Source of the DNA: the human T2T-CHM13v2.0 reference genome, Homo sapiens
NCBI RefSeq assembly: GCF_009914755.1
Contig: NC_060930.1
Length of the DNA: 64,000 nt
Strand: one strand, 5' to 3'
In this document: positions 27,034 to 39,391 of the stretch, piece by piece
Layout: every line of letters starts with the position of its first letter
Numbering within the stretch: the first letter of the stretch is position 1
Translations under genes and position numbers: made by a program
Notes under the pieces: generated by a model
The model's input: the letters and a program-made list of their open reading frames with translations, nothing else
The model's database searches: none
What the model was told of the DNA's origin: nothing

Positions 27034-27238
27034 TGTCAAAATTTGCCATAGGAGTTATAAAACTATAAACTCAACCCCCAACAGAATGATTTTTGGTTAT
27101 ATAATTTTTGATAAATAAGATATTAATTATTGCTGGTTTAATGAAAACAGCTAAATCTTGAGTTATTTGTAAAATGCCCATATATTTAACCTTAGTTTTC
27201 TACTTAGGTAAAAACCTTAAATTCATAGGCTATTAAAA

Positions 27239-27368
27239 CCCATTTATGCCTAGTGTTCCATTATTGGAACACTAAGCATGTGGGAGTTATTTATATCCTA
27301 CTACACAATGTCATCACAAACGTCTGATTGCAAAAATTCAAAAAACTGCAACCTCAGGCATAAAAGGG
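27239..27368. mobile_element. MER85 (PGBD3-derived piggyBac MITE)
   Basis: TIRs CCCATTTATGCCT / AGGCATAAAAGGG, a flanking TTAA, and the internal palindrome TAGTGTTCCATTATTGGAACACTA. Confidence 0.92.
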
Positions 27369-27604
27369 TTAAAATAGTTAGCAGTGAAATAACTTTAAAT
27401 GGTGACTATCACAGTTTTCATAAATAATCTAGGGAAAGTATTAAATATATTAATCAGGTAGATGCAATGGAATAAATTCTCATAAACAAACATCATATAA
27501 TTTAGAATCTAATATTATATTAAATAATAGATAGTTAAATGTCTGGGTGAATTTCTAATTTCTAATTTAATAATAATTGAAAACCTTTTTTTTTTTTTTT
27601 TTTT

Positions 27605-28356
27605 ACCATCAGAGTGAACAGGCAACCTACAAAATGGCAGAAAATTTTCGCAACCTACTATCTGACAAAGGGCTAATATCCAGAATCTACAATGAACTCA
27701 AACAAATTTACAAGAAAAAAACAAACAACCCCATCAAAAAGTGGGCAAAGGACATGAACAGACACTTCTCAAAAGAAGACATTTATGCAGCCAAAAAACA
27801 CATGAAAAAATGCTCACCATCACTGGCCATCAGAGAAATGCAAATCAAAACCACAATGAGATACCATCTCACACCAGTTAGAATGGCAATCATTAAAAAG
27901 TCAGGAAACGACAGGTGCTGGAGAGGATGTGGAGAAATAGGAACACTTTTACACTGTTGGTGGGACTGTAAACTAGTTCAACCATTGTGGAAGTCAGTGT
28001 GGCGATTCCTCAGGGATCTAGAACTAGAAATACCATTTGACCCAGACATCCCATTACTGGGTATATACCCAAAGGACTATAAATCATGCTGCTATAAAGG
28101 CACATGCACACGTATGTTTATTGAGGCACTATTCACAATAGCAAAGATTTGGAACCAACCCAAATGTCCAACAATGATAGACTGGATTAAGAAAATGTGG
28201 CACATATACACCATGGAATACTATGCAGCCATAAAAAATGATGAGTTCATGTCCTTTGTAGGGACATGGATGAAATTGGAAATCATCATTCTCAGTAAAC
28301 TATCGCAAGGACAAAAAGCCAAACACTGCATGTTCTCACTCATAGGTGGGAATTGA
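27605..28356 (+). pseudogene. L1 ORF2p C-terminal fragment (CCHC zinc knuckle)
   Basis: [18 protein letters not shown]...MFSLIGGN*. It lacks EN/RT and a promoter. Confidence 0.9.
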
Positions 28357-28586
28357 ACAATGAGAACACATGGACACAAGAAGGGGAACATCACACTTTG
28401 GGGACTGTTGTGGGGTGGGGGGAGGGGGGAGGGATAGCATTAGGAGATATATCTAATGCTAAATGACGAGTTAATGGGTGCAGCACACCAGCATGGCACA
28501 TGTATACATATGTAACTAACCTGCACATTGTGCACATGTACCCTAAAACTTAAAGTATAATAATAATAAAATAAGTTAAAAAAAAA
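27605..28586 (+). mobile_element. 5'-truncated L1PA3 (~1 kb)
   Basis: Near-consensus ORF2 end and 3'UTR (GCATTAGGAG, GCTAAATGACGAG, ACCAGCATGG, GTAACTAACC), followed by a polyA tail. Confidence 0.93.
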
Positions 28587-28898
28587 TTCTGAAAAAAAAA
28601 ACCATTTTTAAAAGTGTGTTCTTCTTAAAGGTAAATAATTTTTGTTTAGTTCAAAGGTTATTTAGAGGTTATGTATAAAACAAAGTAAAATGAACCAGGA
28701 AATAAGAGAGATATAAAGAAAGTTATAGCTATAAAGAGGTATTTTTGGCAAGAAAAGTTAAAAGTGATTTTATATGAGAAAAAATTTTGTATTGTGGATT
28801 TTTTGTCCTAAAATAAAAGAAATAGTTGTTCATGAAAGAAGAATATTTAACACAAATAAAGTCCAAGCATAATTTGAATAGTCTGTGTAAAAAATGAA

Positions 28899-28919
28899 TT
28901 TATTTTTATTTATTTATTT

Positions 28920-28950
<31 letters not shown>

Positions 28951-29145
28951 TATTTATGTATTTTTATTTTATTTTATTATTATACTTTAAGTTTTAGGGT
29001 ACATGTGCACAATGTGCAGGTTAGTTACATATGTATACATGTGCCATGCTGGTGTGCTACACCCATTAATTCGTCATTTAGCATTAGGTATATCTCCTAA
29101 TGCTATCCCTTCCCCCTCCCCCCACCCCACAACAGTCCCCAGAGT
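28899..29145 (-). mobile_element. Short L1PA3 3' end with (TTTA)n tail
   Basis: TATACTTTAAGTTTTAGGGTACATGTGCAC...CCCCACAACAGTCCCCAGAGT. Confidence 0.92.
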
Positions 29146-30189
29146 TTTTAAAAAGAGTTACCTAATTAAGTTTGCTGTTATCAAAAACATATTATAATAG
29201 TCTTTCTAGAAAATAGACTTCGATATTAAAATACAGTAATACAAAACTAAATATTTGATTAGAACAAGATTTTATTTAAAATATTGACTTATTCTTAATA
29301 ATATAAATTTTTAGTTTTTAAATTTTATAATCTGTTTCTTTTAGAAATTCTTTAGATTAATATCTTAGAAGTTCAACTTCTACTGTACTCTTACTTCAGA
29401 AATTCCTCTCTTTTGAAAAGCCCTGAGATGGTAACTCTCTCCTCCACATCTTATCTCCTATAACTTTTTTTTAAATTAATAATGTAAAGTATTGGAGGGA
29501 ATTTTTTGAAAACAGGTAAATGGAAAATCTTTTCCACCTGCCTTTTCTGTATGTCTGTTATATCTATATGTTTATATGTGTCAGGTAGAAGTGATATTTC
29601 ACTACTAAACTATAGGAACAAGCTCTAAGCTATTGGCTTAAAGAAAGGTAAGTGCTTATCAGATTAACATCAGCTATCCCAGGTGCCTTTTAATTAGAAT
29701 TACCTTGGTATTTTTTGGTAAGATTCATTTGGTAAATTTAATCTCAAAATTCTCTCCTGTAGCTAAAATTTTAAAGTCATGTTATGATAAATTAAGTAAC
29801 CTCAGTTTTGTCACTGGGAATTGGGGTTACTAAGAGTTAAAAATTACAGGAGAGTAAAAGGTGTTTTTGGTGACATTTATAAAAACACAAGGATGTGGTT
29901 TTTGTGAAGGAAAATGTAATTTTTTTCCAGTTTAGAGACTAAGAGTCGCTTTAAAATAAATGGCAAATTATTTATTAAAACTAAATGTATAAGGAGAAAA
30001 ATAAAAAGATGGGGAATGAGAAATCCGAACTCTTGAGTGACCACGTGGTCACCCACCTTCAGGGGCTGCAGCTGGGCTGTATTCAGTCATCAAATATGAA
30101 AGTTACCAGTGGAATTTATAGATGAATCATACCCATAGCCCCAGAGAGTTAGTTCACTGAATGCATAAGGAAATCCAAACAAATAATAA

Positions 30190-30508
<319 letters not shown>

Positions 30509-30935
30509 CAAACTTTTATGTTTAGTAACTAATGCAGCCTAGCTTCAGCTCAAGATGAGTGACCACATGGTCACACAAGGATTAAGATTTCTCATTCCCA
30601 ATCTTTTTATTTTTCTCTTTATTCATTTAGTTGTACTATATAATTTTCTTCTTTATTTTAAAATTATTGTTATTTGTAAATACCTGAAATGAAAGTGAAG
30701 GAGTCCTGGTTGAGCCTTAAGGCTAGACCAAGCTCAGATGTGGGTCTGTGTCAGCTCAGGGTACTAGCCTCAAAGCTATCTACCAAAATAACTGAAACCG
30801 GGGCAACAAAAAGTTACTTCTGAGACCTGTGTTTACCAAAAGAATAAGTCAATGTGGGTGGAGGACAAAACCAAGTAACTGTTCAAACCAGAGGGTATAA
30901 TAAAAAGGAATTGTTCCATTTTGTAGATTGGGATT

Positions 30936-31302
30936 TGTATTAGTCTATTCTCATGCTGCTATCACAACATACTCAAGGCTGGGTAATTTATAAAGAAAAT
31001 AAGTTTAATTGATTCACAGTTCTGCAGGGCTGGGGAAGCCTCAGGAAACTTACAATCATGGCGGAAGAGGAAGCGAACACATCCTTCTTCACATGGTGGC
31101 AGGAGAGAGAAGAATGAGAGCTGAGCAAAGGAGGAAACCCCTTAAGAAACCATCAGATCTCATGAGAACTTATTCACTATCATGAGAATAGCATGTGGGA
31201 GATCAGTCCCATGATTTCATTATCTCCATCTGATCCCACCTTTGACATGTGGGGATTATTATAATTCAAGGTGAGATTTGGGTGGGGACATAAAGCCTAT
31301 TA
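30936..31302 (-). mobile_element. THE1C/THE1D solo LTR (MaLR)
   Basis: TGTATTAGTCTATTCTCATGCTGCTA...GAGATTTGGGTGGGGACA. Degenerate 5-bp TSD GGATT/GTATT. Confidence 0.9.
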
Positions 31303-33603
31303 GTATTATCATCTTTCTGAGCCTGAGTCCCTTGGTTCAACCACCTGCTGGGAACCCAAATTCTTTTTCACTAAAATGGGTAAAATGGTCTAGTGGTAGA
31401 AAAGTTCCCTGGGATCAGAACATAGAAATGTATAGATTGTTACAATTATAAAATTTGAGATGCTTAAAAAACATTCTTTATGCAAGGTAGTTGTGATTCC
31501 TTTACCTAAATGTGTTCTAAAAGTGGGTATTTTACCTTACTGGGGGATGTCCCCCTATCTTGTAGTATAAAACTGAAGGCATGTAGATCTTCCCTTTGAG
31601 AAATGTTAATTATACACACTAAATGAGATCTAGTAAGATTGCCTGAATCTACAGAATATAGGGTAAAAGCTGAAGTGCTAGTCAGGACAAATCCTCCACT
31701 TCAGAGCCCTTTGTGGACCTTTTATTGTGACTTATAGCAAAAAACTGTGAGTACTTCCCAATGGCAATTACCAGAGTAGAGAATTTCAATTTGAGAGATA
31801 TTTACTACCTTGTTGTGGAATGTTACCTGAAGCGATCCTTATGCTAATGAAAATCACGGTGTCTAAAAGAGTTCCATGATAAAATAAAAATGGTTTACTT
31901 AGGATCTTGCAACCTGGGGTACAAGGAGGAGATACTCAAAAGCAGGGAGCCTCTTTTTTTCCCCTAAGACTTACTCTAACTATGTGACAAGCTTCTAGGT
32001 TCCTACAGTGCCTGATAAAGAGATCTCATGTAACAAGAGCTGCTTAGCATGTGAATGGCAGTTCCAAAGGCAGACATTTTGTTTGAGAGTCTTCTGCTTT
32101 TGTTAAAGGGGAGTTAAGGAAATTCTTTTCTTTGGAGTAACTTATAGTTTACAGCATTTGGGCAAGTTACATTTTTGTGAACAAGTTTACCTTTCTCTCT
32201 ACCTGAGTTCTTCCAAATTTGGAAACTGTTCTTAACTTTATGACAATATAGTTACTTGCATAAGTTTAGTAAGAGTCCTTTCTTTTCAAACAGTACATTT
32301 GAAGACATTTGTTATTTTACCAAGACTTTGACTAGAATAATATATTTGTAGGTAAAGTTCCAATAAAGCCAAATTAAAAAGGGCCTATATGGCCAATCAA
32401 TTCTTATTGCACTTGATGTGAATAATCAAGCCAAGTGTAATAAACCTAAAACTAACTATGCACACAAATTGTTCTTACAATAATATAATTTCTCTTTAGT
32501 AGAAAAGGAGGGCTAGAAAGAAATTGTTTCAAAGGAAGAGTGTAACACTTGTTACTGGATTTCAGCCCTGACTTTTTTTGTTGAGTGCAGATTGAATCAT
32601 GAATTATTTCTTGGCTACAATGATCCTCTAAAGAGTACAAGACTATAACTTTTCTTCACATTTTTAGTTGATGCCCTCATGGAATAGTTTTCTTTTTTGT
32701 TCTGACACACAAGTAATCTTTTAATTGTCAAATATTAATGTTATTTATCTCTCCTTGTTTTACCTCCAAGGAAACCAGAATAATGCTATTCTGAAGGCTA
32801 AAGGTGCAAATCTCCCCCAGTTGGCATCCCACTGAAAACAAACTTTTTCACACAAATTCCCTGCTGCTAAAACTATACAAGTGCCCTCCCTCTAGGCCCA
32901 GGAACTATCATGGAAAAGGGGGACACATGAGATTAAAAGGGGCTGGTTTTGAGGGATAGAATTAGTTCAGACCACCCCAATCAAATGTAGGTGGGTACAC
33001 AGATGTCTAAACAGTTGGTAAAACAAGAGACTTTCTTTTGAACTATTATCTGGCATATTTTCATCCAACCCAACCTTAAAGAATTTTATGCTTCTTATAA
33101 AATTAAAAGAAAATTATTACTGAGAGAATATAAAAACATTTTGTGACAAAGCGTTCCGGGTATAATACTGATAGTTAAAACTTACTAAAAGACTGCAAAA
33201 GGCATTACAGCACCAATCTCTAAAATCCCTTAGCTAAAAGTCTTTAATATTGCTTATGTTTTGTATAGCTAATTGCTATAGGCCTGTAACAAAAACTAAG
33301 ATTACACTAGCTTAGTCAGCTTTGTAACCTTGTCCTTGGCTTTTTGTTTGTTGCCTTTTTGCTTAATTTATTTAAGGGTTAACAAATGTCTGTTCATGTC
33401 CATTCCCATCTGGCCTAGATCATTTGAATTGGTCATAAATCTTTTAAATGTAAGTCTTTGGCCATGCAAGGGAAGGGTCCCACCAAGGGACAGGATGGGC
33501 CCGGGGCAGGCAGCCATTCCACCTCAGCTATGCTATGGGACAAAGTAAAAATTTGGTGGCCATTGATGTTGCTTCTAGCAAATCTTGGCCAAAAAGGGGA
33601 GAA

Positions 33604-34195
33604 TGTATATTAAAAATAAAATTCTAAGCCTCTCATTCATCCAAATGGACCCCTCCTCTTGGCAAGGTTATTCCAAAGCTAACTTGAAAAACTAGTTCAG
33701 GCCGTGATGGGAAGGGAGGCGTTGAACATGCTTCATTATACCCTCCTCTATTCTGAAATTACTGATGAAATAGACTCTTCAAGTCTGATAAGAAACATTT
33801 ACAATCTAGTCTCTCTCACATCTGCTGCCTGGAGGCTTTGCTTGCATGATAAAACCCTGGTCACAAATTCTTATTTTAATCCAGATATTCTTCAGTCTTT
33901 AGGCAATAACTTAAATTTTTCAATTAATTGCCAATCATAAAATCTTGGAATCTACCTATGACGTGGAACCCCACACTTCCAGTTGCCTCACCTTTCCAGG
34001 CTGAACCAGGGTACATCTTACATGTATTTGACTGATGTCTCATGTCTCCCTAAAATATATAAAACTAAGCTGAACCCTGACCAACTCCAGAACATGTTCT
34101 CAGGAGCTCTTGAGGACTGCATCATGGGTCATTGGTCACATTTGCCTCAGAATAAATTCTTCAAATATTTCACAGTTTGACTCTTTTCATTAACA
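33604..34195 (+). mobile_element. MER4 (B/D-type) 3' LTR
   Basis: TGTA....AAAAATAAAATTCTAAGCC...GGACCCCTCCTCTTGG...CTCAGAATAAATTCTTCAAATATTTCACAGTTTGACTCTTTTCATTAACA, following the PPT. Confidence 0.88.
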
Positions 34196-35304
34196 CTGTC
34201 TCACAATACCTTCTTAAAAAATACTATGTAGATTTTTCTATGCAATTAGTATGCACCCTGCTCAATAAAATCACTTACATTTCACAACATTACAAAATTT
34301 GTAATGACATCTCATTAGCAAACATGGTATTAAAAAACTTCCTAAATTGTCAATTAGGTTTCACAGCTCTCTTATTCTGGGAACTATCCAATATGTACAA
34401 AGTAAGGAAGCCACGATAACTTGAGCATGGTGTTATAACCTCATTTGTATGCATGATAAAGACCACCCTGAGACTTCATCAAGCAAGGACCTGATCAGGG
34501 ACCCCTATCACAGGGTTTCTAGTGCTTTAGAGTTCCTTGCTTAAAATTTTTTCAGCCCAACTCTGGTGACCTAGACAAACTGGAACTAGCAGTGCCAGGA
34601 GACGGAGTACCCTGAGATCAGATCTGGGCCCACTTTGTTTCCAGTGCCTTCCACAACATTTTCGAAATGCTCTTTACTAGCTAAGATCACCCCAAATTTT
34701 CTGTACACCATAGGGATTGCTCTTTGCATTAGAATCACTTTACCATTAAAGCTCCAATGGATTGAATTTACCTATTTCAGAATCTATTAGCATGCAAAGG
34801 CAGGCTCTTTTAAGGAGGATGAGTAAATGACATAATGTGTTTGTGTTGCTTATCAATTGTGTCTTTGTAAATATGATTCTCTGTTTTTCATCTTTATTAT
34901 ATCTTTAGTAAGTCATACATAGATTTGTTGGAAAAATTAGTGAATAGGTTATAAATATGTAGCTTTTAAAGTCAAGGCTACCCACCCACTTACCATGTAT
35001 CATTAGCATCCACTTACATTATGTTGTTTAAACCCAAAGCCTCGTATATAAATGAATATATATATGACTAAACTGAAATTATAGGCATATGGTGACGAAA
35101 CTTTATATAACTCAAGAGTTTTTGAACATCTTGATGTATCAGCAAGTGGAAATCTATATATTTTATTTGTATAATTAGTTGTATTTTGTTTCACAATTTA
35201 TGTAGTTATGTACTCACAGGGTATTTTCATTGCTTCCAAAGTAAGTGACATGTTAATAGACAGTAAGGTACATTTGCATTTTTTGCTTAAGTTTAGTAAT
35301 GATA

Positions 35305-35560
35305 ATTTTCAGTGCTGTGAGTCAGAAAGCACACTCATGTATTTACTGATGGAAATGAAAATTGGCACAATATTTTGAATGGCAGTTTAGAAATATGTAT
35401 CAAAAAGCTTGAAAACTAAACCTCCTACCTTGGACCCACAATTCCTTTCAACAAACTTATTGTGTAAAAAAAAGAGTGGAAGAGCAAAGGAAGCAGATAA
35501 AAATATCTCTCACAGAATTATTTATATCATCAAACCACTAGCTAGAGTACATTTTATTAC
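35305..35560 (+). mobile_element. Old L1M (L1ME-like) fragment
   Basis: CACACTCATGTATTTACTGATGGAAATGAAAATTGGCACAA...GGCAGTTTAG...TTGGACCCACAATTCC, an ORF2-end motif. Confidence 0.55.
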
Positions 35561-35850
35561 ATTGAAAAATACACATAATTAAATAAATTTTCTGAAACAA
35601 TACTTAATATTTTGTTTCTGTAATTCAGAAATTAGCATAGCAATACTTTCGTGGTTCTTTTAAATTAATCTTTATTTTTGTATGGTCAGAAGGAAAAGAA
35701 TGAAAAAGAAAAAAATAGATATGGTTCAAACATAGCATGTATATATAGATAGATAGATAATATGTATATAAATATTAAAATATCCCAAAATATTTGTTAT
35801 AGTAACCAATTGTTTCTTATTTTAGAAACCTGAAGCATGCTTTTAAATCA

Positions 35851-36210
<360 letters not shown>

Positions 36211-36315
36211 TTATATTGCAGAACATTTTTATAAATTATATTTGCATTCAAAAAAGATAATAATCTAATCTAAGCTCTTAAAATAAGTTTAATATGAAGG
36301 AGGACATCCTAAGTA

Positions 36316-36479
36316 AGATAAGAAAACTTAAAAAAACGAAGACTTTAAAAAAAAAACAAGCAATATGTAGCTCAGACAAGTATGAATATTTCTAATACAG
36401 ATAAGAAAACTTAAAAAAGGAAGACTTTTAAAAAAAGCAAGAAATATGTAGCTTAGACAAGTATGAATATTTCTAATAT
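36316..36479 (+). repeat. ~82-bp tandem duplication
   Basis: AGATAAGAAAACTTAAAAAA...AGACAAGTATGAATATTTCTAATA occurs twice (36316-36398, 36399-36479). Confidence 0.9.
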
Positions 36480-36584
36480 TGATAATATCTCCTTTTAAAT
36501 AAAACAGATACAAAATATAAATGTAAAATAATAGTCAAAACATTTTAAAAATGTACATCTGTCATTAATATAAGAGTTTTTCTG

Positions 36585-36896
36585 AGTTAGGTATAATTAT
36601 GCACACCTGTAATCCCAGCACTTTGGGAGGTCAAGGCGAGAGAATAGCTTGAGGCCAAAAATTTGAGACCAGCCTGGGCAACATAGCAAGACTCCATCTC
36701 TGTAAAAAATTTAAAAAGTTAACCAGGTGTGGTGGTGTGCATCTGTAGTCCTACCTACGTAGGAGGCTGAGGCAGGAGAATTACTTGAGCCTAGAAGTTT
36801 CAGGCTGCAGTGAGCTACGATTGAAACACTGCCCTCTAGCCTGGGTGACAGAGTAAGGCCCTGTCTCTAAAATAAAAATAAATAAATAAATAAAAA
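36585..36896 (+). mobile_element. AluJ (Jr-like)
   Basis: CACACCTGTAATCCCAGCACTTTGGGAGG...CTTGAGGCC...GGCTGCAGTGAGCTACGAT with a (TAAA)n tail. Confidence 0.9.
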
Positions 36897-37326
36897 TTGA
36901 CAAAGAAATGTACAATTTTTAGGATCCAGATAACTCTAAGCTACAGCAGAAATTACAAAATATTTTCCATCCACCTGTTTGGCAAACATTCTAAGCACCG
37001 TCTAAACTTTACCAAATTTCAGAAAAAAAGAAAATCACATTACTGTTATAAATGTTAGATACTCCACACAACCTGTTTTGAAGGCAATCTGATATTCTTT
37101 TTTTCACAGAAATTCAATTATTTAAAAAATGTTTCAAGGCAAACTAAAAAAGGACACAAATTACTAATCACAGAACATCACTATGTATTTAATGATCACC
37201 AAAAGGATAATAAAAGTATAGTATAAATAACTCATATTATATACTCCAGATAAAATGGATCAGTTTTTTAAAAGAAACAATGTGCCAAAATTTACAAATA
37301 AGAAATAGGGAAGCTGAATAAGCCCA

Positions 37327-37347
37327 TATATATATATATATATATAC

Positions 37348-37385
<38 letters not shown>

Positions 37386-37568
37386 TTCTATATATATATA
37401 TATATACTTGTATATATATATATATATATACTTCTATATATATATATACTTCTATATATATATATACTTCTATATATATAGATACTTATATATATATATA
37501 GATACTTCTATATATATATAGATACTTCTATATATATATAGATACTTCTATATATATATAGATACTTC

Positions 37569-37600
<32 letters not shown>

Positions 37601-37628
37601 CACATATATATATATATATATATATATA
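37327..37628. repeat. Interrupted (TA)n array with CTTC/GATACTTC spacers
   Basis: Directly visible, ~300 bp. Confidence 0.95.
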
Positions 37629-39166
37629 AAATCAATAATTTATAATGTTTCAAAACAGAATGTACCAGGCAGGTCCAGGTGGGTTCCATAGTGAATTCTA
37701 ACAAACATTTAAGGAATAAATTATACCAATTCCCCATTGTCTTTCAAAACATAAAAGCAGATAGATTACTTTTTAACTCTTTCTATGAGGCCAGCATTGC
37801 CTATTTACTAAAAGCTGACAAAAACATGACAAGACAATTTATCTGCATATCAACATTTCTTATGGATATAGATGTGAAAAATTATCAATAGAATATTAGT
37901 ATATCAAATATTATAATGTATACAAATAATTATACACCATGGCCAAGTGAAAATTATCCCAAGTATACAGAGCTGGTTCAACATTAGTAAATTAATAAAT
38001 GTAAACCATCATATTACTAGGCTATGTTTATAAAAGAAAGATCATATAATCATAGTAAAAACACAAAAAGCATTTGACAAAATTTGACACTCACTTATGA
38101 TAAACACTGTCAGTAAACTAGAAATAGAGGGTAACTTTCTCAATTTAATATCTATAAAGTTTACAGCTAACATTACCCTTAATAATGAGAAACTGGAAGC
38201 TTTCCTAATAATATCAGAATAGGCAAGGATATCACCTCTCACCACTCCTTTTCAACATCATACTGGAAGTACTAACTCATGCACTTAAACAAGAAAACAA
38301 AACAAAAGATATATAGATAGGGAAGAAATAAATAAAACTGTCTTTTCTGCAAATGACATAATCATCTACGTAGAAAACCCAAAAGAATTAACAACAACAA
38401 CAAAAAGCCTTACTGGAACAAATGAGCAAATACAGCAAGGTTACAGGATACAAGGATGACATACAAATGTCAATTACTTTCCTATATAACACAAATGAAC
38501 AAGTGAAATTTGAAATTAAAAACACAATACCACTAATATTAGCATGCAAAAACAAAGTTCTTAGGGATAAATCTAACAACATATATGAAAGATCAATATG
38601 AGGAAAACTACAAAACTCTGTTGAAAAAAATAAGGAAATAACTGAATATATAGAACAATCAAATTCCTAGCAAGCTATTTTGTGGATATCAACAAACCAG
38701 TTCAAAAGTTTATATGGGGAACCAAAAGACAGAGAATAACCAACATAATATTTTAAGAGAGGATCAAAGTGAGGATTCACACTATCTGACTTCAACACTT
38801 ACTGTAAAGCTACAGAAAGCAAGACAATGTGGTATTAGTAGAAGAACATAAATGGCTTAATGGAACAGAATAGGGAGCACAGCAATAGACCCACATAAAT
38901 ATGGTCAATTTATCGTTGACAAAGTAGCAAAGGCAATGCAATGGAGAATAATCATATTTTCAACAGATGGTGCTGGAACAACTGGACATCTATTTGCAAA
39001 AAAAAATAAATAAATAAATCTAGAGACAGACCTTACCCTTCACAAAAAATAACTAAAAATTGATCATAGAGCTGAATATATAACCCCAAACTATACAACT
39101 CTTAGAAATAACATAAGAGTAAAACTTAGCTGGCATCAGGTTATAGGGATAACTTTTTACATATAC

Positions 39167-39391
39167 CAGGGGTGTCCAATCTTTTGGCTTCTCTGGGGCA
39201 TATTGGAAGAAGAATTGTCTTGGGCCATACATAAAATTCACTAACACTAATGATAGCTGACGAGCTAAAAAAAAAAAAGTTGCAACAGAAACCTCATAAT
39301 GCTTTAAGAAAGTTTACAAATTTGTATTGGGCCACATTCAAAGCCTTCCTCGACTGCATGCAGCAATTGGGCCATGGGTTAAACAAGCTTG
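39167..39391 (+). mobile_element. MER30 (hAT-Charlie)
   Basis: CAGGGGTGTCCAATCTTTTGGCTTC...AAACAAGCTTG with an 8-bp TSD ACATATAC/ACACATAC. Confidence 0.92.

Noticed and set aside
27577-28356. 259-aa ORF, the longest in the window
   Set aside because: It is the C-terminus of L1 ORF2p in a 5'-truncated L1PA3, with a TTG start in flanking DNA. It is not a host gene.
37327-37628. Repeat-spacer periodicity resembling a CRISPR array (also 44470-44610)
   Set aside because: Eukaryotic simple repeats with no unique spacers and no cas genes.
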